A stretch of DNA of 64,000 bases, taken from sequence record DRR378314_195; one strand, 5' to 3'. Position 1 is the stretch's first letter; each line of letters opens with the position of its first letter. A program made the position numbers and the translations under genes. Positions 59,387 through 64,000 of this stretch are shown in pieces. A model generated the notes under the pieces. That model was not told the origin of the DNA and ran no database searches. It saw only the letters and a list, made by a program, of their open reading frames with translations.

Positions 59387-61961
59387 CGATTGGCGTCAGC
59401 TCCGCAGCCAGCCATGCCCTCACATCCTGCAACGCCAGCGGCCTGCTGGCCCAGAATCCCTGGAGCCTGTCGCACCCCAGTTGCCTGATCAACCGGGCCG
59501 CCTGCTCACTTTCTACGCCTTCAGCAACCACCTGATAGCCGAGTGTATGCGCCATATTCACCGCCGTCTGGACAATCACTCTTGCACTGTCGCTGCTTTC
59601 AATGTCTTCAATGAGTGATCGGTCCAGTTTAAGTTCGGTGGCGGGTAAACGCTTGAGGTAGGAAAGCGAGGAATAACCGCTGCCAAAATCGTCAATGGAG
59701 ATAAGAACTCCGGTCGCAGCAAGCCGTTCAAGGGTCCTCAACCCTCTGTCCGGATCTTGCATGGCGGCCGTTTCAGTCAGCTCCAGGGTAAGCCGGTGAG
59801 TCTCGACGCCATATGTACTCAGCGTCGAGGCAATGACCCCCTCCAACCCTGGAGAAGCAAGGTCACGCGCGGATATGTTAATGGACACGGACAGGCCCGG
59901 GTATTCTCCCGACAGGCTGGCAAGGTCACGGATGCCGTGTTCAATCGCCCACCGGGTTAGCTGTGTGATGACCCCAGTCTCTTCCGCCAGCGGTATGAAA
60001 TCCGATGGAAACACCCAGCCCCGTTCGGGATGATGCCAGCGCATAAGCGCTTCCAGCCCCACCACCGAACCGGTGTCGAGGCAAAGCTTCGGCTGATAGT
60101 GGAGCTCAGTCCGGCCCTCGTGCAGTGCCTCCCTCAAATCGGACATCAGGGTCAAACGACCTTCGCTGTAAATATCGTAGTCTTCGGCGTAAAAGCCGGT
60201 CTCGAACCGGCCGTGAGGGGCAATCTCCATACCCACATGGGCGTTGCGGATTAACAGCGCAGCGTTGTCCCCATGCTCGGGGTAGCTGGCAGCCCCGAAC
60301 TTGGGATGCAGTTCAATGGCAAGATTGTCCAGCACCACCGGCTCTGACAGTTGTTTCAGTGCATGGTTTAGGCTCTCGAAGTCGTCATTGACCTCGTGGG
60401 CATTCACCAGCAGACCAAAGCTGTCGCCAGATAACTGATACACCAACTCCTGACGCCCTCGGTCATCCCGCGACCGATGGAGAAACGGAAGCTCATGTGC
60501 CAGCGCCGTCATCTGCCGAGCCAATCGTCGAAGTAGCCGGTCGCTTCGGCTCAACCCCAGTGTTCTGTTGATCTCGTCCAGGCGGGTAATACGGGCTACA
60601 CCCACCATGTAGCGGCCACCGGGGTCCTGCTGAAGTTGCTCGTTTACCATGTGCTCGAAGCGGTTCCGATTAGGCAAGCTGGTCACGGGGTCGTGTGTCA
60701 TGGCATCGTTCAGCCGGTTCTGTGCTTCGCTCCTGGCTTTTTCCTTCTGCAGATTGTCGGCCTGTGCCCTGATTTTGTCCTCACGTTCGCGATAAAGCCG
60801 GTCCGCCAGGGCCAGGGTCAGGATGAACGCTTCAAGACCGGAACCGATCTGCATCGCATGCTCCGTCAGAAAGTTCTCAGGGAAGAACCCCAGAGCCCGC
60901 CCGGCAGTGGCCAGAACGCCAATGGTCAGAGGGGTCCAGGCGACAGTAAAAAACGCGCCAGAACGGACCCCCGCTGCCCAAGTGATAGGCCCTGCCACGA
61001 ACAACAGGGAGAAAAAGAACAGCGCGGACACCGCGGACAGTATGATCGCCGAGTTATAGCCCAGGGTTAGCGCGGACATGAAGTTAATGACTTCAAAGCC
61101 GATCATGGCACGGATGGCGATGTCCAGTTTCGGGCTGTGGGACGGTATTCTCAGTAATTCACGACAGAAAAGTACGGAGAAAAGCGCCAGGACCGGCATA
61201 GACACCAGCAGGGCGCGAGCATGCACGGCGGGGTATTCGGGGTAAAGGAGCTGAAAGCTGTAGCCCTTTATGGAGGCAAAGAACAACAGGTAGCCCGCAA
61301 TCGCGAGCGCGTAGTAGAGATAGAGTTTTTCCCGTAGGGTCAGGAAAACCGCCAGGTTGATCAGAATGATGACGGTGAGGCTACCGTAATAGAAAAAGTG
61401 CAGCTTCTGCTCGTTCGAGGCGGCCCCGAAAAAGTCGTTTGCTTGCCAGATTGCGAGCGGCAGGATCATCGACCCAGCGGTCTGGACACGCACATAGATT
61501 GTCTTGACCTGCGACGGGCCCAACTCAAGACGAAGCAGCATATTGGGGTGATCAACCTGGCGGGGATAGAACGGCCTGGCATCGCCGGTGCGGAATGTTT
61601 CAACTCGCTCCCCTCCGGAGAAAACGTAAAACACCACATCGTCCAGTTGGGAATAGGCCAGTTCCGCGATCAGGTTCAGGGTATCCGGCACCCGATTCTC
61701 AACCGCAAATCGTATCCAGTAGGCAGACGAGGTAATACCAAACGTCGCGTTGCCAGTGGCTTCGGTTTGCCACTGACTGTCGGGAAGGCGGATAACCTGC
61801 TCAATCCCGGCCTGGCCGTCCGGATCTTCCCATACGTCAAAGGGAACCTCGCTGGGTGAGGTCGAGGAGATCTGGGTCGGCCTGATATCGGCCTGCGCAT
61901 TGATCCAGACACACAGGAACAGCACCGCCATCAAACAACGCAGCACCGGAATCAGGGCCAT
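59367..61961 (-). CDS. 7TM-DISM sensor + degenerate GGDEF + EAL phosphodiesterase
   Basis: FGITSSAYWIRF (DISMED2), 7 TM helices, QLSGDSF, EALMR, DDFGSGYSS. Confidence 0.9.
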   Translation of the reverse strand: MALIPVLRCLMAVLFLCVWINAQADIRPTQISSTSPSEVPFDVWEDPDGQAGIEQVIRLPDSQWQTEATGNATFGITSSAYWIRFAVENRVPDTLNLIAELAYSQLDDVVFYVFSGGERVETFRTGDARPFYPRQVDHPNMLLRLELGPSQVKTIYVRVQTAGSMILPLAIWQANDFFGAASNEQKLHFFYYGSLTVIILINLAVFLTLREKLYLYYALAIAGYLLFFASIKGYSFQLLYPEYPAVHARALLVSMPVLALFSVLFCRELLRIPSHSPKLDIAIRAMIGFEVINFMSALTLGYNSAIILSAVSALFFFSLLFVAGPITWAAGVRSGAFFTVAWTPLTIGVLATAGRALGFFPENFLTEHAMQIGSGLEAFILTLALADRLYREREDKIRAQADNLQKEKARSEAQNRLNDAMTHDPVTSLPNRNRFEHMVNEQLQQDPGGRYMVGVARITRLDEINRTLGLSRSDRLLRRLARQMTALAHELPFLHRSRDDRGRQELVYQLSGDSFGLLVNAHEVNDDFESLNHALKQLSEPVVLDNLAIELHPKFGAASYPEHGDNAALLIRNAHVGMEIAPHGRFETGFYAEDYDIYSEGRLTLMSDLREALHEGRTELHYQPKLCLDTGSVVGLEALMRWHHPERGWVFPSDFIPLAEETGVITQLTRWAIEHGIRDLASLSGEYPGLSVSINISARDLASPGLEGVIASTLSTYGVETHRLTLELTETAAMQDPDRGLRTLERLAATGVLISIDDFGSGYSSLSYLKRLPATELKLDRSLIEDIESSDSARVIVQTAVNMAHTLGYQVVAEGVESEQAARLIRQLGCDRLQGFWASRPLALQDVRAWLAAELTPIATLNEP

Positions 61962-62105
61962 AACCAAGCACCCCACTCATTGGACATCGGGAGCTCCCCT
62001 TGTTGTTATCGTCAGCCTTCACTCACAAGCCTAGCCCCGAATTGGCCGGGGTCGAACACTTTTCTTGTAGAAAATTGTTTATACACTCCCGGCACGGCAG
62101 GACCG

Positions 62106-62963
62106 CTACTTACGAAACAGCACGTAGTTCCCCAGAATGGCCAGCAGCGCCCCAAGTACGGCGGTTGTGGTCCATTCGAATCCTTCCAGCCAGGTCGACA
62201 CACTCAGGGCAACCACCGGGAACAGCACTGTTGAGTAGCCCGCCCGGTCTGCTCCGAGGGTCTGAATCACCGTGATGTAGCAATAAAACGCAATAATAGA
62301 CCCCGGTATCGCCAGGAAAACCGTTGCACCCCAGAAGGTCGCGGACGTTGGCAACACCCAATCCACGCCCTGCACCAGGCACCAGATGCCCAGGATCACC
62401 GCGCCATAAACCATCGCCCAGGCATTCGCCACCAACAACGGGATTTGCGCCAGCCGAACCTTGACACTCACCAGGTTCCCCGTGGAAAACCAGAAAGTCC
62501 CAGCGGCGGCAAACAGGATACTGGTACCGGTGGCATTCCCAAGCTGCAAATCATGCCAGAACAGCAGCGCCACGCCGCTAATCCCCAGCGCCACGGCGGG
62601 ATACAGCCGGGCGGTAGGCTTCAGCCGCAACCACAGCCAACCATTCAGGGCATTGAACAGCGCCGCCAGGGAAAACACGACGGCAAGCAAGCCGCTGGTC
62701 ATCGACTCGGCGGCGCGATAGATCAGCAAGAAATTCACGCTGTACAGGGTCGCTCCCTGCAGAACCAGCCACCCGTGCTGCTTCAGGTTCAACCTTTGCA
62801 GGCGCCCAAGGAATGCAAGCACCACCAGGGCCACCACAGAGGCTATGAGAAAACGATAGAACACCGAAAGGTCCACCGTCGCAGACTCAACCTGTAGGCG
62901 AATGGCCGTCCAGGTAAGCCCCCAGATCAGCACAGTCAGACCATAGTGCACGGAAATCGGCAT
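62106..62963 (-). CDS. DMT/EamA family transporter
   Basis: IWGLTWTAI, GSIIAF, LFPVVAL; about 10 TM helices. Confidence 0.92.
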   Translation of the reverse strand: MPISVHYGLTVLIWGLTWTAIRLQVESATVDLSVFYRFLIASVVALVVLAFLGRLQRLNLKQHGWLVLQGATLYSVNFLLIYRAAESMTSGLLAVVFSLAALFNALNGWLWLRLKPTARLYPAVALGISGVALLFWHDLQLGNATGTSILFAAAGTFWFSTGNLVSVKVRLAQIPLLVANAWAMVYGAVILGIWCLVQGVDWVLPTSATFWGATVFLAIPGSIIAFYCYITVIQTLGADRAGYSTVLFPVVALSVSTWLEGFEWTTTAVLGALLAILGNYVLFRK

Positions 62964-63085
62964 AGCAGTAATTCCCTTCAGGAAAGTGAAGCATTGGCAG
63001 ATCAACAGGCCGATCTTATGGCAGTGCGAGGGAGAAAACTTGTCAGATCCTGCGCAACCATGGATGATTCTTGCGGAGGCCCGAT

Positions 63086-64000
63086 ATGCAGACCAGCTCA
63101 GCCCAGACACGCGAGTCAACGAAACATCCCCATAAGGAACGCCGCGACATTGTGGACGCGCTGCGAGCCGCTGGCGTGGCGCCCCAGAAACTCATGGAGC
63201 TGGACCAGGGCCGCGCCCTCGCGCAATGGCAAAACCGCAAGGGCGAAGTGCGCTATGAGCGCCCACGCCATCACGCCCTGAGCATCTACATCAACGAGGG
63301 CGACAAAGCGAAGAGAGTTGTGAACGGACGGGCCGTAAGCCAGGGATTTCCGGGGGCTGTGTGTCTGTTTCCCGCTGGCAGCCAATCCACCTGGCAGATC
63401 GGTGGTCAATTCGAATTCTTCCACCTCTACTTCAATGACCTGGACATCGCCCGCTGCGCGGAACAGACCTGGGACTGCGAACCAGACCGGGTTGAACTCA
63501 TCGAGCGATACCACACTGAGGACCCGGTTCTGGCCAAAGCAGGCCAGTTACTCGCTCTGAGTGACTGGCAGGCACCCGGCCAGTCCATGGCGATGGACCA
63601 CCTGGCCCAATGGCTCTTGCTGCAGGTGGTCAGCCGTCACTCGAACGTGCAGCAGGCAACACCTTCCGTCACCGGACAACTCACCCTGCGTTACCGCCGA
63701 TTGCTACAGGAACGTATTCACGCGCAGTTGCATCAGACGTTGACCCTGGCGGACATGGCGGGGTGGGTAAACCTCAGTCCTTACCATTTTGCCCGCCTGT
63801 TCCGGGCGACGTTCGGCTGCGCGCCCTATCAATACGTTCAGGAGCAACGCCTGACCCGGGCCCGTGATCTGCTGCGCCAACCGGGCAGTAAAATCACCGC
63901 CATTGCCCTCACCTGCGGTTTCAACGACTCGAGCCAGTTCAGCCGGGCCTTCAAGGCGAGGTTCGGAGAGACACCGTCTGATTACCGTACCCGGGCAAAC
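63086..64000 (+). CDS. AraC family transcriptional regulator (3' end beyond the window)
   Basis: Translated by hand from ATG 63086 (GGAGG SD): MQTSSAQ...LSPYHFARLF...IALTCGFNDSSQFSRAFKARFGETPSDYR; absent from the ORF track because there is no stop in the window. Confidence 0.92.
   Translation, partial: MQTSSAQTRESTKHPHKERRDIVDALRAAGVAPQKLMELDQGRALAQWQNRKGEVRYERPRHHALSIYINEGDKAKRVVNGRAVSQGFPGAVCLFPAGSQSTWQIGGQFEFFHLYFNDLDIARCAEQTWDCEPDRVELIERYHTEDPVLAKAGQLLALSDWQAPGQSMAMDHLAQWLLLQVVSRHSNVQQATPSVTGQLTLRYRRLLQERIHAQLHQTLTLADMAGWVNLSPYHFARLFRATFGCAPYQYVQEQRLTRARDLLRQPGSKITAIALTCGFNDSSQFSRAFKARFGETPSDYRTRAN

Noticed and set aside
62946..63867. Apparent fragmented or frameshifted AraC gene in the ORF track
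   Set aside because: Hand translation from 63086 and of the 3' end gives the same frame, open to the window end; the listed fragments are other frames

Overview
Gene-dense, moderately GC-rich chromosomal segment of a gammaproteobacterium. The gene content is Marinobacter-like, which is an inference. It holds about 56 CDSs. I found no rRNA, tRNA, CRISPR array, IS, integrase or phage genes. Recognisable blocks: lemA-TPM-TPM; LexA-boxed yebG; a sigma54-type heme peroxidase; lrp / astA-DUF1338; an orphan MotA/MotB-like (ZorAB-like) pair converging on an AbiTii-like gene; three GGDEF/EAL proteins; a formate/nitrite channel plus Ser/Thr phosphatase-kinase behind a sigma54 promoter and an ANTAR-type attenuator; an extracellular PHB depolymerase; putA with an internally shortened large NAD-GDH and a divergent Lrp/PutR; a secreted transglutaminase-like pair; efpL (yeiP); ltaE; a Fur-boxed TonB receptor; an ECF sigma/anti-sigma/target triad; and an AraC regulator running off the right edge. 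The best candidates for undescribed biology are the orphan motor plus AbiTii locus, the shortened GDH, the astA-DUF1338 two-gene operon and the nitrogen-regulated FNT/kinase-phosphatase operon. All family assignments come from motif recognition by eye, not from database searches.
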